Assembly (NCBI GenBank): GCA_027026755.1
Contig: JALVNE010000339.1
Span: 5,553 to 69,552, forward strand
Source of the DNA: Sedimenticola sp.
Lineage (GTDB): Bacteria; Pseudomonadota; Gammaproteobacteria; Chromatiales; Chromatiaceae
Direction of reading: 5' to 3'
Length of the DNA: 64,000 nucleotides
Of this stretch, positions 1-11,258 are shown piece after piece. The stretch's first letter is position 1. Every line of letters starts with the position of its first letter. The notes beneath the pieces are model-generated. The model was not told where the DNA came from and made no database searches. It was given only the letters and a program-made list of their open reading frames with translations. The position numbers and the translations under genes are program-made.

Positions 1-18
1 AAATCCTGGGGTAAGACA

Positions 19-210
19 GTGGCTGACGCAAAGAAGATGAAAGTAAAGCTGGTACGCAGCATGAATGGCCGTCTGAAAAGCCATCAGGCCTGTGTTCGCG
101 GACTGGGTCTGCGTCGCATGCATCAGGTGGTCGAGGTGGAGGACACCCCTTCCACCCGCGGCATGTTGAACAAAGTATCCTATATGGTACAGCTCGTGGA
201 GGACGCATAA
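19..210 (+). CDS. rpmD: 50S ribosomal protein L30
   Basis: Typical L30 sequence ([19 protein letters not shown]); spc operon position. Confidence 0.97.
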   Translation: MADAKKMKVKLVRSMNGRLKSHQACVRGLGLRRMHQVVEVEDTPSTRGMLNKVSYMVQLVEDA

Positions 211-211
211 G

Positions 212-646
212 ATGCGCCTGAATACACTCAAGCCCGCGGACGGCAGCAAGTCTGACCGCAAGCGCGTGGGTCGTGGCATCGGCAGCGGTCTGGGCAAGAC
301 CTGCGGTCGTGGTCACAAGGGTCAGAAATCCCGTTCTGGCGGTTTCCACAAGGTTGGCTTCGAAGGCGGTCAGATGCCTTTGCAGCGCCGTCTGCCCAAG
401 GTGGGATTCCGTTCCCGCAAGGCCAGGTACACCGCTGAGGTTCGTCTGGACGAGCTGGCCAAGGTGGCAGGTGACGTGGTGGACATGAATGCCCTGTGGG
501 AAGCGGATATTCTGCCCCGCAGCATGAAGCGCGCCAAGGTCATCCTGTCCGGTGAAATCAATCGTGCCGTGACCGTCAAGGGCTTGCGCGCGACCAAGGG
601 CGCCCGTGCTGCCATCGAGGCAGCCGGCGGCAAGGTAGAGGACTGA
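212..646 (+). CDS. rplO: 50S ribosomal protein L15
   Basis: [21 protein letters not shown] and [14 protein letters not shown] motifs. Confidence 0.98.
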   Translation: MRLNTLKPADGSKSDRKRVGRGIGSGLGKTCGRGHKGQKSRSGGFHKVGFEGGQMPLQRRLPKVGFRSRKARYTAEVRLDELAKVAGDVVDMNALWEADILPRSMKRAKVILSGEINRAVTVKGLRATKGARAAIEAAGGKVED

Positions 647-653
647 GGGACCC

Positions 654-2003
654 ATGGCGCTGAATCCTGCAGCTGGTAGTGGTATACAGCTGGGGCAGCT
701 CACCGAGCTGCGCCAGCGTTTCCTGTTCCTTCTGGGAGCCTTGATCGTATACCGCATTGGTACCTACATCCCGGTGCCCGGTGTGAATCCGGCAGCGCTG
801 GCGGCGCTTTTCGATCAGCAGCAGGGCAGTATCCTGGGCATGTTCAACATGTTCTCCGGTGGCGCCCTCAAGCGTGCTTCCATTTTCGCCCTGGGCATCA
901 TGCCTTATATCTCCGCGTCCATCATCGTGCAGTTGATGACCTCCGTGATACCTCAGCTGGAACAGTTGAAAAAGGAAGGCGAGGCCGGCAGGCGCAAGAT
1001 CACCCAGTACACCCGCTATGGCACCGTGGTGCTGGCGACCTTCCAGGCCGTGGGTATTTCCGTGGCTTTGCAGAGTCAGTCCTCCGGGGGCATGTCCCTG
1101 GTCATGGCGCCTGGCATGGGCTTCGTGTTCACGGCAGCGGTTTCCCTGGTCACGGGCACCATGTTCCTCATGTGGCTGGGTGAGCAGATCACCGAGCGGG
1201 GCCTGGGCAACGGTATCTCCATGATCATCTTTGCCGGCATCGTGGCCGGGCTGCCCGCCGCTTTCGGCAGCGTGGCGGAACTGGTGCGCAACGGCGAGAT
1301 GAACGCCTTGTTCGCCCTGTTCCTGTTCCTGCTGGCCATCGGCGTCACGGCCTTCGTGGTGTTCGTGGAAAGAGGACAGCGCAGGATTACCATCAATTAT
1401 GCCAAGCGGCAGCAGGGCAGAAGAATGTTGGCGGCCCAGAGCAGCTTCCTGCCTCTCAAGCTGAACATGGCGGGCGTCATTCCGCCCATCTTTGCCTCCA
1501 GCATTATTCTGTTCCCGACCACCCTGGCGCAGTGGGCCGGCAATACGCCGAACATGCGCTGGTTGCAGGATATCGTGGCCAAGCTGTCGCCGGGACAGCC
1601 CATCTACGTGGCCCTGTATGCGGCGGCGATCATATTCTTCTGCTTTTTCTACACGGCGCTGGTATTCAATGCGCGGGAAACGGCAGACAATCTCAAGCGT
1701 TCCGGCGCTTTCATCCCCGGGATTCGTCCCGGCGAGCAGACTGCCAAGTACATCGACGGGGTGATGACCCGGCTGACCCTGGCCGGCGCCATCTACATCA
1801 CGGCCGTATGCCTGTTGCCCGAGTTCCTCATCGTGGGCTGGAACGTACCCTTTTATTTCGGCGGCACCTCGTTGCTGATCGTGGTTGTCGTAATCATGGA
1901 CTTCATCGCCCAGGTGCAATCGCACCTCATGTCTCACCAGTATGAGGGCCTGATGAAGAAAGCTAATCTCAAGGGCCAGGGCGGCGCGGGTGTTCCCCGC
2001 TGA
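654..2003 (+). CDS. secY: Preprotein translocase SecY
   Basis: [16 protein letters not shown] and [11 protein letters not shown] motifs; multi-TM. Confidence 0.98.
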   Translation: MALNPAAGSGIQLGQLTELRQRFLFLLGALIVYRIGTYIPVPGVNPAALAALFDQQQGSILGMFNMFSGGALKRASIFALGIMPYISASIIVQLMTSVIPQLEQLKKEGEAGRRKITQYTRYGTVVLATFQAVGISVALQSQSSGGMSLVMAPGMGFVFTAAVSLVTGTMFLMWLGEQITERGLGNGISMIIFAGIVAGLPAAFGSVAELVRNGEMNALFALFLFLLAIGVTAFVVFVERGQRRITINYAKRQQGRRMLAAQSSFLPLKLNMAGVIPPIFASSIILFPTTLAQWAGNTPNMRWLQDIVAKLSPGQPIYVALYAAAIIFFCFFYTALVFNARETADNLKRSGAFIPGIRPGEQTAKYIDGVMTRLTLAGAIYITAVCLLPEFLIVGWNVPFYFGGTSLLIVVVVIMDFIAQVQSHLMSHQYEGLMKKANLKGQGGAGVPR

Positions 2004-2030
2004 TCCCGGCGTACAGACAGGAACGAGAAA

Positions 2031-2144
2031 ATGAAAGTTCGTGCTTCAGTGAAAAAGATGTGCCGCAACTGCAAGATCATCAAGCGCAAGGGCGTGGTAC
2101 GGGTGATCTGCACCGATCCCCGGCACAAGCAGCGTCAGGGCTGA
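2031..2144 (+). CDS. rpmJ: 50S ribosomal protein L36 (Zn-binding form; below ORF-track cutoff)
   Basis: Hand translation [37 protein letters not shown]. Confidence 0.97.
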   Translation: MKVRASVKKMCRNCKIIKRKGVVRVICTDPRHKQRQG

Positions 2145-2279
2145 TTGGATTTGAACGAGGCTTCCGCCAGAATCCGACTTGGATTTGGAAGATCGATATT
2201 GAAAAAGTGTGATAGTTGGGATATAGTTCCGCGTTTTCGCTGGACGAATTTCCGACTGTAAGTATCAGGAGATGACAGG

Positions 2280-2636
2280 ATGGCCCGCATAGCAGGCGTA
2301 AATATTCCAGACCGCAAACACGCGGTAATCGCGTTGACGGCGATCTATGGCATTGGTCGTTCACGCGCGGCCAAGATTTGTGAAGCTGCCGGTGTTGCGC
2401 CGGACAGCAAGATCATGGACCTCAGCGAAGAGCAGGTGGACAAGATCCGCGCCGAGGTTGCCAAGTATGTCGTGGAAGGTGACCTGCGTCGCGAGATTTC
2501 CATGAACATCAAGCGTCTGATGGACCTGGGCTGCAATCGCGGCATCCGTCATCGTCGCGGCCTGCCCCTGCGCGGCCAACGCACCAAGACCAACGCCCGT
2601 ACCCGCAAGGGTCCGCGTCGTCCCATCAAACGCTAA
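2280..2636 (+). CDS. rpsM: 30S ribosomal protein S13
   Basis: [10 protein letters not shown]...[14 protein letters not shown]. Confidence 0.98.
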   Translation: MARIAGVNIPDRKHAVIALTAIYGIGRSRAAKICEAAGVAPDSKIMDLSEEQVDKIRAEVAKYVVEGDLRREISMNIKRLMDLGCNRGIRHRRGLPLRGQRTKTNARTRKGPRRPIKR

Positions 2637-2668
2637 CAGCCAGATAATTCGAGAGTGTAGGTACAGGC

Positions 2669-3058
2669 ATGGCCAAGTCCACAACCCGTTCCAAGAAGAA
2701 GATCAAAAAGACCGTGAGCGATGGTATCGCCCATATTCACGCGTCTTTCAACAACACCATCATCACCATCACCGACCGCCAGGGCAATGCCCTGTGCTGG
2801 GCGACTTCCGGCGGCTCCGGCTTCCGGGGCTCCCGCAAGAGCACGCCTTTTGCCGCCCAGGTGGCGGCCGACCGCGCCGGTCAGATGGCCAAGGAATATG
2901 GTGTGAAGAACCTGGACGTGAACGTCAAGGGTCCCGGCCCGGGCCGTGATTCTGCGGTACGTGCCTTGAACAATGCCGGTTTCAAGATCACCAGCATTAC
3001 CGATGTGACGCCCATTCCCCACAATGGCTGTCGCCCACCCAAGAAACGCCGCGTCTAG
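2669..3058 (+). CDS. rpsK: 30S ribosomal protein S11
   Basis: [11 protein letters not shown] and [15 protein letters not shown]. Confidence 0.98.
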   Translation: MAKSTTRSKKKIKKTVSDGIAHIHASFNNTIITITDRQGNALCWATSGGSGFRGSRKSTPFAAQVAADRAGQMAKEYGVKNLDVNVKGPGPGRDSAVRALNNAGFKITSITDVTPIPHNGCRPPKKRRV

Positions 3059-3072
3059 TCTGGAGCATTATT

Positions 3073-3693
3073 ATGGCAAGGTATCTCGGACCAAAATGTA
3101 AACTGATGCGCCGCGAGGGTACGGATCTGTACCTGAAGAGCCGCGCGCGTTCTGTCGATTCCAAGTGCAACATGGAGAAGTTGCCCGGGCAGACCCAGGA
3201 GCGTCGCCGTCGCCTCTCCGATTATGGCGTGCAGCTGCGTGAAAAGCAGAAGGTTCGCCGTCTGTATGGCGTACTGGAAAAACAGTTCCGCAACTACTAT
3301 GCGGCCGCCGACAGGCAGAAAGGCCCCACGGGCGAGAACCTTCTGCAACTGCTGGAGCGCCGCCTGGACAATGTCGTCTACCGCATGGGCTTCGGTGCTA
3401 CCCGCAACGAGGCGCGTCAGCTGGTCAGCCACAAGGCCATCGAGGTCAACGGCAAGGTGGTCAATGTCGCTTCCTACCGTGTGAGCCCCGGTGACGTGGT
3501 TTCCGTGAGGGAAAAGGCCCGCAAGCAGGTGCGCATCGCCAGTGCGCTGGCGCTGGCCGAGCAATACGGTTTTCCCGACTGGGTGGAAGTTGATGTGAAA
3601 GGCATGAGCGGCACCTTCAAGCGCCTGCCCGAGCGTGCGGATCTGCCCGCTGAAATCAACGAACAGCTCATCGTCGAACTTTACTCCAAGTAA
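3073..3693 (+). CDS. rpsD: 30S ribosomal protein S4
   Basis: [22 protein letters not shown]-terminal LIVELYSK. Confidence 0.98.
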   Translation: MARYLGPKCKLMRREGTDLYLKSRARSVDSKCNMEKLPGQTQERRRRLSDYGVQLREKQKVRRLYGVLEKQFRNYYAAADRQKGPTGENLLQLLERRLDNVVYRMGFGATRNEARQLVSHKAIEVNGKVVNVASYRVSPGDVVSVREKARKQVRIASALALAEQYGFPDWVEVDVKGMSGTFKRLPERADLPAEINEQLIVELYSK

Positions 3694-3710
3694 GTCAGGA
3701 AGGTACGTTC

Positions 3711-4715
3711 ATGGCGGATTCCGTCACAGAGTTTTTGAAGCCGCGCATCATAGGCGTGGACAAGGTCAACGACAGGCGCTCCAAGGTTTCCCTGGAGCCC
3801 CTGGAAAGAGGTTTTGGCCATACACTGGGCAATGCGCTGCGGCGCATCCTGTTGTCCTCCATGCCTGGCTGCGCCATCGTCGATGCCGAAATCGAGAATG
3901 TGCTGCATGAGTACAGCGGTATCGAAGGGGTGCAGGAAGATGTACTGGAGATCCTGCTGAACCTCAAGGGCGTGGCCATCGTCATGGAAGACCGCGACGA
4001 AGCGGATCTGACCCTCAAGGTCAAGGGGCCTGCCGTGGTCACCGCCGGCGATATCCAGCTCACTCATGGTGTCGAGGTCGTCAATCCGGACCACGTGATT
4101 GCCCATCTCACCGACAAGGGTGAACTGAGCATGGTGCTCAAGGTACGCCGTGGTCGTGGTTATGAAGCCGCCTCCAGCCGTGAAAGCGCCGCCGGGGAAG
4201 ACCGTCCCATCGGCCATCTCAAGCTGGATGCTTCCTTCAGCCCAGTGCTGCGGGTGGCCTACAGCGTGGAATCCGCCCGGGTGGAGCAGCGCACGGACCT
4301 GGATCGCCTGGTCATCGACATCGAAACCAACGGCACCATCGACGCCGAGGATGCCATACGCCGGGCGGCCACCATCCTGCAGAAGCAGCTGGAAACCTTT
4401 GTTTATCTGGAAGAGACTTCGCCGGAAGACGAGGCCGAGGCCGAGCCTGAAGCGCCGGCCATCGATCCCATCCTGCTGCGTCCCGTGGACGACCTGGAAC
4501 TGACGGTGCGTTCCGCAAACTGTCTCAAGGCGGAGAATATCTTCCTCATCGGTGACCTGATCCAGCGCACCGAGGTGGAACTGCTGAAGACCCCGAATCT
4601 CGGCAAGAAGTCCCTGAACGAAATCAAGGACGTTCTCGCCACCCGCGGGCTTTCCCTGGGCGTGCGCCTGGAGAACTGGCCGCCGGAAAACATACAGGAA
4701 CTGGTGGCGAAATAA
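3711..4715 (+). CDS. rpoA: RNA polymerase alpha subunit
   Basis: [22 protein letters not shown]; alpha-[15 protein letters not shown]. Confidence 0.98.
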   Translation: MADSVTEFLKPRIIGVDKVNDRRSKVSLEPLERGFGHTLGNALRRILLSSMPGCAIVDAEIENVLHEYSGIEGVQEDVLEILLNLKGVAIVMEDRDEADLTLKVKGPAVVTAGDIQLTHGVEVVNPDHVIAHLTDKGELSMVLKVRRGRGYEAASSRESAAGEDRPIGHLKLDASFSPVLRVAYSVESARVEQRTDLDRLVIDIETNGTIDAEDAIRRAATILQKQLETFVYLEETSPEDEAEAEPEAPAIDPILLRPVDDLELTVRSANCLKAENIFLIGDLIQRTEVELLKTPNLGKKSLNEIKDVLATRGLSLGVRLENWPPENIQELVAK

Positions 4716-4759
4716 TCGCCGCCCATTGATCTCAACCCTTTACTCAGGAAAGTCGACCC

Positions 4760-5152
4760 ATGCGTCATCGCAAAGCCGGACGGCAGCTGAACCGAAACAG
4801 CTCCCATCGCAAAGCCATGTTCCGTAACATGGCCGTGTCTCTCATCGAGCATGAAATGATCAAGACCACCTTGCCCAAGGCCAAGGAATTGCGTCGTGTT
4901 GCTGAACCTCTCATCACCCTCGCCAAGCAGGACAGCGTGGCCAAGCGTCGCCTGGCGTTCTCCCGCCTGCGTGACAATGCCGCGGTAGGCAAGTTGTTTG
5001 CCGAGCTGGGTCCTCGTTATCAGGATCGTCCTGGCGGGTATCTGCGTATTCTCAAGTGCGGCTACCGTCCCGGTGACAAGGCGCCCATGGCCTATGTGGA
5101 GCTGGTGGACCGGCCCATCGCCGAGGATACCGAGGAAATGTTCGAGGACTGA
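4760..5152 (+). CDS. rplQ: 50S ribosomal protein L17
   Basis: [20 protein letters not shown]. Confidence 0.98.
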   Translation: MRHRKAGRQLNRNSSHRKAMFRNMAVSLIEHEMIKTTLPKAKELRRVAEPLITLAKQDSVAKRRLAFSRLRDNAAVGKLFAELGPRYQDRPGGYLRILKCGYRPGDKAPMAYVELVDRPIAEDTEEMFED

Positions 5153-5172
5153 TCGACTGACGGATCGAAAGG

Positions 5173-5201
5173 AAAAAGCCGGGCCATGGTCCGGCTTTTT
5201 T
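5173..5201 (+). terminator. Intrinsic (likely bidirectional) terminator of alpha operon
   Basis: aaaaagccgg-gccatggt-ccggctttttt hairpin flanked by A and T tracts. Confidence 0.85.
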
Positions 5202-5209
5202 GCGTTTTG

Positions 5210-5956
5210 ATGAGCAGACCGGACATATTTTTCTTTACGGATTTCGGCGTACAAGGCCCCTATCTGGGGCTCATGGAAGCTGCCGTGGGCAGCGTCTGTG
5301 CCAGCGTCCGGGTGGTGAATCTCATGTGTGACGCGCCACGCCATGATCCGCGGCGCGCGGCCCGTCTGCTTGCCGCCCTGGCGCCCTGGCTGCCAGCTGA
5401 TGCCATCGTGGTCGCTGTGGTCGATCCCGGGGTAGGAAGCGAGCGGGGCATGCTGGCGCTGGAAGCGGATGGCAGGTGGTTTCTCGGCCCGGACAACGGC
5501 CTGCTCTCCCTGGTGGGGCGATCCGCAGCGCACAGACGGCTCTGGGCATTGGAAGCCGAACCGGACGCTCCCTTGTCCGCCAGTTTCCACGGCAGGGACG
5601 TATTCGCGCCCGCCGCCGCGCGGCTGGCCTGCGGGATGCGTCCCCGGCTGAAGTCCCTGGGGCAGACCGCCATTGTCGGCGAGGATTGGCCGGCCACGCT
5701 GCCGGAGGTCATCTACATCGATCATTTCGGCAATGCCATGACAGGCATTTTCCCGGCGGATCTGTCACCCTCCGGGGCGCTGGTGGTGCAGGGGAAAGAG
5801 ATCGTCAGGGTACGAACCTTTTCTGATGTGGCGCAGGGGGAGCTGCTCTGTTATGAAAATTCCCTGGGGCTGATGGAGATTGCCGTCAATGGCGGCAGCG
5901 CTGCCAGGAGGCTTGGGTTGTGCATCGGCTCCCCAGTGGGATTGTCTCCGGGATGA
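5210..5956 (+). CDS. SAM hydrolase / SAM-dependent halogenase family (DUF62)
   Basis: FTDFG, VVDPGVG, GPDNGLL, FHGRDVFAP, YIDHFGN motifs; start moved to ATG 5210, after the terminator. Confidence 0.88.
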   Translation: MSRPDIFFFTDFGVQGPYLGLMEAAVGSVCASVRVVNLMCDAPRHDPRRAARLLAALAPWLPADAIVVAVVDPGVGSERGMLALEADGRWFLGPDNGLLSLVGRSAAHRRLWALEAEPDAPLSASFHGRDVFAPAAARLACGMRPRLKSLGQTAIVGEDWPATLPEVIYIDHFGNAMTGIFPADLSPSGALVVQGKEIVRVRTFSDVAQGELLCYENSLGLMEIAVNGGSAARRLGLCIGSPVGLSPG

Positions 5957-6055
5957 GTCCCCAGATTATTCCTCTCGTCACCTTCTCGATGCCGTTCGTC
6001 TGCCCGAACGCGGGTAATGTGGAAATTTGGCGGTTGCTGGGCTACTATCAAGCCC

Positions 6056-6745
6056 ATGAGGCTATTATTCTTCATTGCTGCGTTGTTTTCCTGCGCCCTT
6101 GCCCAGGGGGAAATCTACAAATGGGTGGATGGTGAGGGGAGCGTGCACTATGGGGATCAGCCGGAAACCTCGACCGCCAGGCCTGTAAGAAATCTCCCGC
6201 AACTGTCCACCTATGCGCCGGCACCGGCACCGGCACTGGAAAAACAGGAGGCAGCGCCGCAAGACACGCCGGATGCCGGTGCCGGCTCGCCCCAGGCCAG
6301 TGCCCAGGGTTACCGGAGTATCAGCATCGTCAGTCCGGAAAATGGCGGCACCGTGCGCAGCAGTCCGGGAAATGTTCCGGTTTTTATCGCCCTGGCGCCG
6401 GTGTTGCACGACGGGGATTACATGAAGGTCATTCTGGATGGCAAGACCGGCAGCAAGAAGTACCGGAAGACGGCCATTACCCTGAATAATGTCTCTCGGG
6501 GCGAGCACAGGATTGCCGTTGCCGTGTATGCCAAGGACGGGAAAAAATTGTTGCAGTCGGAAACCTTGACGTTCTTTCTGCACCGCACTATCGGGAAGCG
6601 CACGAAAAAGGATCCGCCGCCAGCCCCGGATGGTTCCCCGGACGAGCCATATTCGCCGCCCCCGCCCGGGGATTACCACCCCCCTGGCCCTTCAGGCTAT
6701 GGGCCGCCCCCGCCACCGAGCTATTCCCCTTCTCCCAAGTCCTGA
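6056..6745 (+). CDS. Secreted DUF4124-domain protein with Ig-like domain and Pro-rich tail
   Basis: Signal peptide, IYKWVDGEGSVHYGDQP motif, Pro-rich C-terminus. Confidence 0.8.
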   Translation: MRLLFFIAALFSCALAQGEIYKWVDGEGSVHYGDQPETSTARPVRNLPQLSTYAPAPAPALEKQEAAPQDTPDAGAGSPQASAQGYRSISIVSPENGGTVRSSPGNVPVFIALAPVLHDGDYMKVILDGKTGSKKYRKTAITLNNVSRGEHRIAVAVYAKDGKKLLQSETLTFFLHRTIGKRTKKDPPPAPDGSPDEPYSPPPPGDYHPPGPSGYGPPPPPSYSPSPKS

Positions 6746-6798
6746 ACCAGGGCGGCAGGGGCTTGCGACCTGCGACAGTCGGGAGCGGCGTATTTCCA

Positions 6799-7890
6799 AT
6801 GAAGAATGACGGGCAGAACGAATACCCTGGGGGTATGGCTGCGGCAATATTGTCCCACCAGGTGACGTCCCTGATCCTGTTCGATCAGGATCTGAAAATC
6901 CTGTACATGAATCCGGCGGCAGAGATGCTGCTTTCCGTCAGCGCCCGTATGGTGCGGGGCCAGTCCATGGCCCAGGTGATGCGCTGCTCCAGGGATGTGT
7001 TCGAACAGCATCTCAACACTGTGATCGAGAGCAACCAGCCTGTCACCGAGCGGGGTATTTCCCTCTCTCCTCCTGATGGGCATTCCATTACCGTGGATTG
7101 CACCCTGGTGCCAGTGGAGCTGGAGGGGGGGCGGACCTGCGTGCTTGCGGAGATACGCAGGGTGGACCGGCAGCTGCGCATGACCCGCGAGGAACAGCTC
7201 ATCAGCCAGAACCTGGCAACCCGTGATCTCATTCGGGGCCTGGCTCATGAGATCAAGAATCCCCTGGGAGGGGTGAGAGGGGCGGCGCAGTTACTGGCCA
7301 TGGAGCTGCCGGAGGATTCGGAACTCAGTGACTATACGCGCATCATCCTGGAGGAGGTGGACCGGCTCAAGTCCCTGGTCGATCAGATGCTGGGCTCGCG
7401 GCAGCTTCCGGTAATGCGCAGCGTTAACATTCACCACATCCTGGAGCGTGTATGCACCATCGTTGCATCCGATCCCGAACATTCCATCCAGCTTGAACGC
7501 GATTATGATCCCAGCATTCCCGAGTTGCAGGGAGATGAGGGTCAGCTGATCCAGGCCATCCTGAACATCGTGCAGAACGCCGTGCAGGCCACGGCCGAGG
7601 GTGGCAGGGTGTTGCTGCAGACGCGCGTGCTGCGGCAGTTCACCCTGGCCAGCGTGCGGCACCGCCTGGTGTTGCAGCTCAATATCATCGACGATGGGCC
7701 GGGCATTCCGCCGGAACTGCAGGAGCGGGTTTTCTACCCCATGGTCAGTGGCAAGTCGGAAGGAACCGGGCTGGGGCTGTCCCTGGCCCAGTCCATGATC
7801 AACCGTCATGGCGGTTTGATAGAATTCACCAGCAAGCCCGGCAGGACCGTGTTCACCATCTATCTTCCCCTGGAGCAGAACCATGACTGA
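6799..7890 (+). CDS. glnL: Nitrogen regulation sensor kinase NtrB
   Basis: PAS domain, GLAHEIKNPLGG H-box, FYPMVSG..GTGLGL; precedes ntrC. Confidence 0.93.
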   Translation: MKNDGQNEYPGGMAAAILSHQVTSLILFDQDLKILYMNPAAEMLLSVSARMVRGQSMAQVMRCSRDVFEQHLNTVIESNQPVTERGISLSPPDGHSITVDCTLVPVELEGGRTCVLAEIRRVDRQLRMTREEQLISQNLATRDLIRGLAHEIKNPLGGVRGAAQLLAMELPEDSELSDYTRIILEEVDRLKSLVDQMLGSRQLPVMRSVNIHHILERVCTIVASDPEHSIQLERDYDPSIPELQGDEGQLIQAILNIVQNAVQATAEGGRVLLQTRVLRQFTLASVRHRLVLQLNIIDDGPGIPPELQERVFYPMVSGKSEGTGLGLSLAQSMINRHGGLIEFTSKPGRTVFTIYLPLEQNHD

Positions 7891-9280
7891 TGCCGCGATG
7901 ATCTGGATTGTGGACGACGATCGCTCCATACGCTGGGTCCTGGAGAAAGCCCTGTCCAAGGCCGGGTACGACACCAGGGGATTCGAGCACCCGGCGGATC
8001 TGCTCAAGGCCCTGGAATCCTGGGAACCGGCCGTCATACTTTCCGATATTCGCATGCCGGAAATGGATGGCCTCACTCTGCTGGGCAAGGTGCACGAACG
8101 GCACCCCGGACTGCCGGTGATCATCATGACGGCTCATTCCGACCTGGACAGCGCGGTGAAGGCCTATGACGTCGGTGCTTTCGAGTACCTGCCCAAGCCC
8201 TTCGATCTGGATGAGGTCGTGGATCAGGTTCAGCGGGCGGTGGCCAGTCGGGAGAAAGGGGATGCAGGTCCGGACGAACCCCTGGATGACAATACCGGGA
8301 TCATTGGCGAGGCGCCTTCCATGCAGGGGGTGTTTCGCGCCATCGGGCGTTTGGCCCGGTCCAACATTTCCGTGCTCATCAATGGCGAGTCTGGCACAGG
8401 GAAGGAACTGGTGGCCCGGGCCTTGCACCAGCACAGTCCCCGCGCCCAGCAGCCCTTCATTGCCCTGAACATGGCGGCCATTCCCCGGGAACTCATGGAG
8501 TCGGAGCTGTTTGGACATGAGAAAGGCGCGTTCACGGGCGCCCAGTCCCGCCGCGTCGGTCGTTTCGAACAGGCAGAGGGGGGCACCCTGTTTCTGGATG
8601 AAATCGGCGACATGCCGCCGGAGGCCCAGACGCGGCTGCTGCGGGTGCTGGCAGATGGTGAGTTCTACCGGATTGGAGGCGTCAGCCCCATCAAGGCGGA
8701 TGTACGCATCATTGCGGCCACCCACCAGGATTTGGAGGCGCTGGTGGCCCAAGGGCGTTTTCGCGAAGACCTCTTTCACCGCCTGAATGTCATCCGTATC
8801 CGGATTCCCCCGCTGCGGGAACGGCGGGAAGATATCCCGCTGCTCATGAATCACTTCCTTTCCAGGGCGGCCGCCGAGCTGAATGTGGAGGCCAAGACCT
8901 TGCGTGACGATGCCCTGGCCAGGCTGAAGGCCTTCTCCTGGCCAGGTAACGTGCGGCAGCTGGAGAACACGGCCCGCTGGCTCACGGTCATGGCGTCCGG
9001 GCAAGAGATTCATGTGCAGGACCTGCCGCCGGAAATCCTGGATAAGGCAGAAGGCGAGGTTTCCGGCCCTGCAGGGAGCGGAGACTGGAAGTCCGTACTG
9101 GGCACCTGGGTGGAGCAGAGTCACGCTGCCGGCAGGGAAGGCCTGCTGGCGGAGGTGGAAGCTGCCATGATCCAGGCCGCCCTGCAGGCAACGGGCGGCC
9201 GCCGGCAGGATGCGGCCCGGCTGTTGGGATGGGGGAGGAATACCCTCACCCGAAAATTGAAGGAACTCGAAGGTTCCTGA
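7883..9280 (+). CDS. glnG: Nitrogen regulation response regulator NtrC
   Basis: REC, GESGTGKE, GAFTGA, HTH LLGWGRNTLTRK. Confidence 0.95.
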   Translation: MTDAAMIWIVDDDRSIRWVLEKALSKAGYDTRGFEHPADLLKALESWEPAVILSDIRMPEMDGLTLLGKVHERHPGLPVIIMTAHSDLDSAVKAYDVGAFEYLPKPFDLDEVVDQVQRAVASREKGDAGPDEPLDDNTGIIGEAPSMQGVFRAIGRLARSNISVLINGESGTGKELVARALHQHSPRAQQPFIALNMAAIPRELMESELFGHEKGAFTGAQSRRVGRFEQAEGGTLFLDEIGDMPPEAQTRLLRVLADGEFYRIGGVSPIKADVRIIAATHQDLEALVAQGRFREDLFHRLNVIRIRIPPLRERREDIPLLMNHFLSRAAAELNVEAKTLRDDALARLKAFSWPGNVRQLENTARWLTVMASGQEIHVQDLPPEILDKAEGEVSGPAGSGDWKSVLGTWVEQSHAAGREGLLAEVEAAMIQAALQATGGRRQDAARLLGWGRNTLTRKLKELEGS

Positions 9281-9388
9281 AATTTGCTGGCCCGGCTACC
9301 ATTTCCATGGCTTGAGCAGGGCGATGACCAGCGCCAGCACGGCTAGAATGAGAAAAAGCTCGATAAACATGACGACGAGGGTGTAGAA

Positions 9389-9787
9389 GTGGATCTGACC
9401 AGTATCGAATTGCCTGGCTCCATCATAACGGATATCAGGGTGCTGGATGAGGAAGTGCGGGTGCGCTTCGAGCCGGCCTATCTCATCAAGACCATGACGG
9501 GTTCCGATGAACGCACCCGCTGGCGCCAGAACATTGAACTGGTTTTTGACGATGGCGAGCTGCTGGAAGGCGGAACCATCGTTCTTCCCGCCACCTGCAG
9601 TGGGGGCGATGTGGGCGAAAACATCTATACCTACCGGGACATGGTCCCCATTCCCCTGGAAAGCCGCGGCCGGGCGCATTGCGACCTGAGGCTGGAGGGC
9701 AGCTCCCTGCGCATAAAAGTGGAGGCCGAGGGGGTTCGCCTGGAGCGGGAAGGCCTGCCAAAGTATATCGAGCATCTGCGGAACTGA
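9389..9787 (+). CDS. Hypothetical protein
   Basis: 132-aa ORF, GTG start after GAGG, fills the gap after glnG. Confidence 0.7.
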   Translation: MDLTSIELPGSIITDIRVLDEEVRVRFEPAYLIKTMTGSDERTRWRQNIELVFDDGELLEGGTIVLPATCSGGDVGENIYTYRDMVPIPLESRGRAHCDLRLEGSSLRIKVEAEGVRLEREGLPKYIEHLRN

Positions 9788-9879
9788 TATCCTGTCGGCC
9801 GGGTTAATGTCATGCTCCAGGTGCCTTCTTGTTCTTGCGCAAGCAGGGGCGTGGAAAAACGGCGTTTTTCAATTCACCG

Positions 9880-11154
9880 TCAGTCGATCTCGAGCAATTG
9901 CCTGGTTTGCTTCAGGGCCTGTTCCGCATGGGGGCGGAGTTCGGTCACCAGTATGCTGTTCGGGCTGTCCAGCCCCAGCCGGCGCAGAGCGGGGATCTGT
10001 GGCAGGGGAGGTGGTGGAGCCATGCTGTCGTCCTTGCGGGAGATTTGCGCGCAGGCCCTTGCGGCAATGACGATATCGGTCACCGTGGGCTGGCTTCCGC
10101 CATGATCGTGCATCCACTCCGTGGAGTCACATATGCGCTGTGACAGGGTATGGAAGATGTTCCAGTGGGACAAAACCATCCTGCCTGTTTCCTTGCCGAA
10201 CATCAGGATGCAGTCCTGCAACTCCTGTACCGTTATTTCCCGATAGAAATTATAGGCGTAACTGATGATGGTCAGTTCGCCGGTATTGTGCAGCAGACCT
10301 GCCAGTTGTGCTTCCTCCGGGTGCTTCATGCCCAGTTTTCCGGCAAGCTGCCTGGCAACGGCAGCAACCATGATGCTGCGTTCCCAGGCGTTGCGAAAGG
10401 CTTCCTGCAGCAGGAGAGTACGGGGGTCGCGGGATTCCCGGAACAGGTTCATGAAGGTCAGCTTGTGCACCTTCTGTATGCCCAACTGAAAGATTGCAGC
10501 ATCGATACCGGTAATGGCACTGCCCGGACGACCATGGAGTTGGGCGGACTTCAGCAGCTTCAGGGAAAGCACCGGATCCAGCATGGCCATGCCGGTGACT
10601 TTTTCGTTGCCCCGTGCTTCTTCCAGTATCTTCTCGCTGATGCCCAGGGCGACAGGATGCCAGGACAGAAGCAACAGGGCCTGTTTGTGCAGATCCTCGT
10701 AGATATGGGCAACCATCTGGGTGGAGAAATCGGCGTTTTCCTCGCTGGTTTCTTCCACCAGGTAATGAGAGGAGGTCATATCCGACGAGTCGTCCGCTTC
10801 GGTCAACTCATCCAGCAGCTCATTGCTGATTTTCAGGTACTGTACCGGTGTCAGGGCCGTCACTCTGTATCTGCTGGGGCGCAGGCGTGACAGGGGAGAA
10901 CGTGAAGAGGGGTCCGTGTGTTTGATGACTCTTTGCCGTCCGTCGGCGGCCTCCAGCAACACATTACCCTTGAGCAGGAAAATGCTGCTGTTCTCCGTGT
11001 CGCCGAGATCCATGAGCATGCCTTTCTTTTTGGCGCGCAACCACTGCGCATGTTCCAGGATTTCCTCCAGCTGATCCCGGTCCAGGTCTGCCAGGGGCGA
11101 GAACCGGTGCAGGGTTTCGATGGATTGGATGTCCTTGTCTTTGTGTCTTGGCAT
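9880..11154 (-). CDS. cNMP-binding domain + HDOD domain signalling protein
   Basis: N-terminal CAP-like fold (FLLKGNVLL); HDOD (DPVLSLKLLK, AGLLHNTG). Confidence 0.8.
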   Translation of the reverse strand: MPRHKDKDIQSIETLHRFSPLADLDRDQLEEILEHAQWLRAKKKGMLMDLGDTENSSIFLLKGNVLLEAADGRQRVIKHTDPSSRSPLSRLRPSRYRVTALTPVQYLKISNELLDELTEADDSSDMTSSHYLVEETSEENADFSTQMVAHIYEDLHKQALLLLSWHPVALGISEKILEEARGNEKVTGMAMLDPVLSLKLLKSAQLHGRPGSAITGIDAAIFQLGIQKVHKLTFMNLFRESRDPRTLLLQEAFRNAWERSIMVAAVARQLAGKLGMKHPEEAQLAGLLHNTGELTIISYAYNFYREITVQELQDCILMFGKETGRMVLSHWNIFHTLSQRICDSTEWMHDHGGSQPTVTDIVIAARACAQISRKDDSMAPPPPLPQIPALRRLGLDSPNSILVTELRPHAEQALKQTRQLLEID

Positions 11155-11258
11155 GTTGTCGGTCAGGAAATCCTGGTGTCCAGGGGTTCAGGAAAGCCAG
11201 GCGTTCGGCCGAGCGGCGCTCCCTCACGATGGCGAAAAACAGTGTTTCTCATCTCCAT

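Noticed and set aside
5210-5956. Fluorinase/chlorinase call
   Set aside because: Motifs fit the widespread DUF62 SAM hydrolases; no halometabolite gene context
6745-6800. Sigma-54 promoter upstream of glnL
   Set aside because: GG-to-GC spacing is 9 rather than 10, and there is no NtrC box
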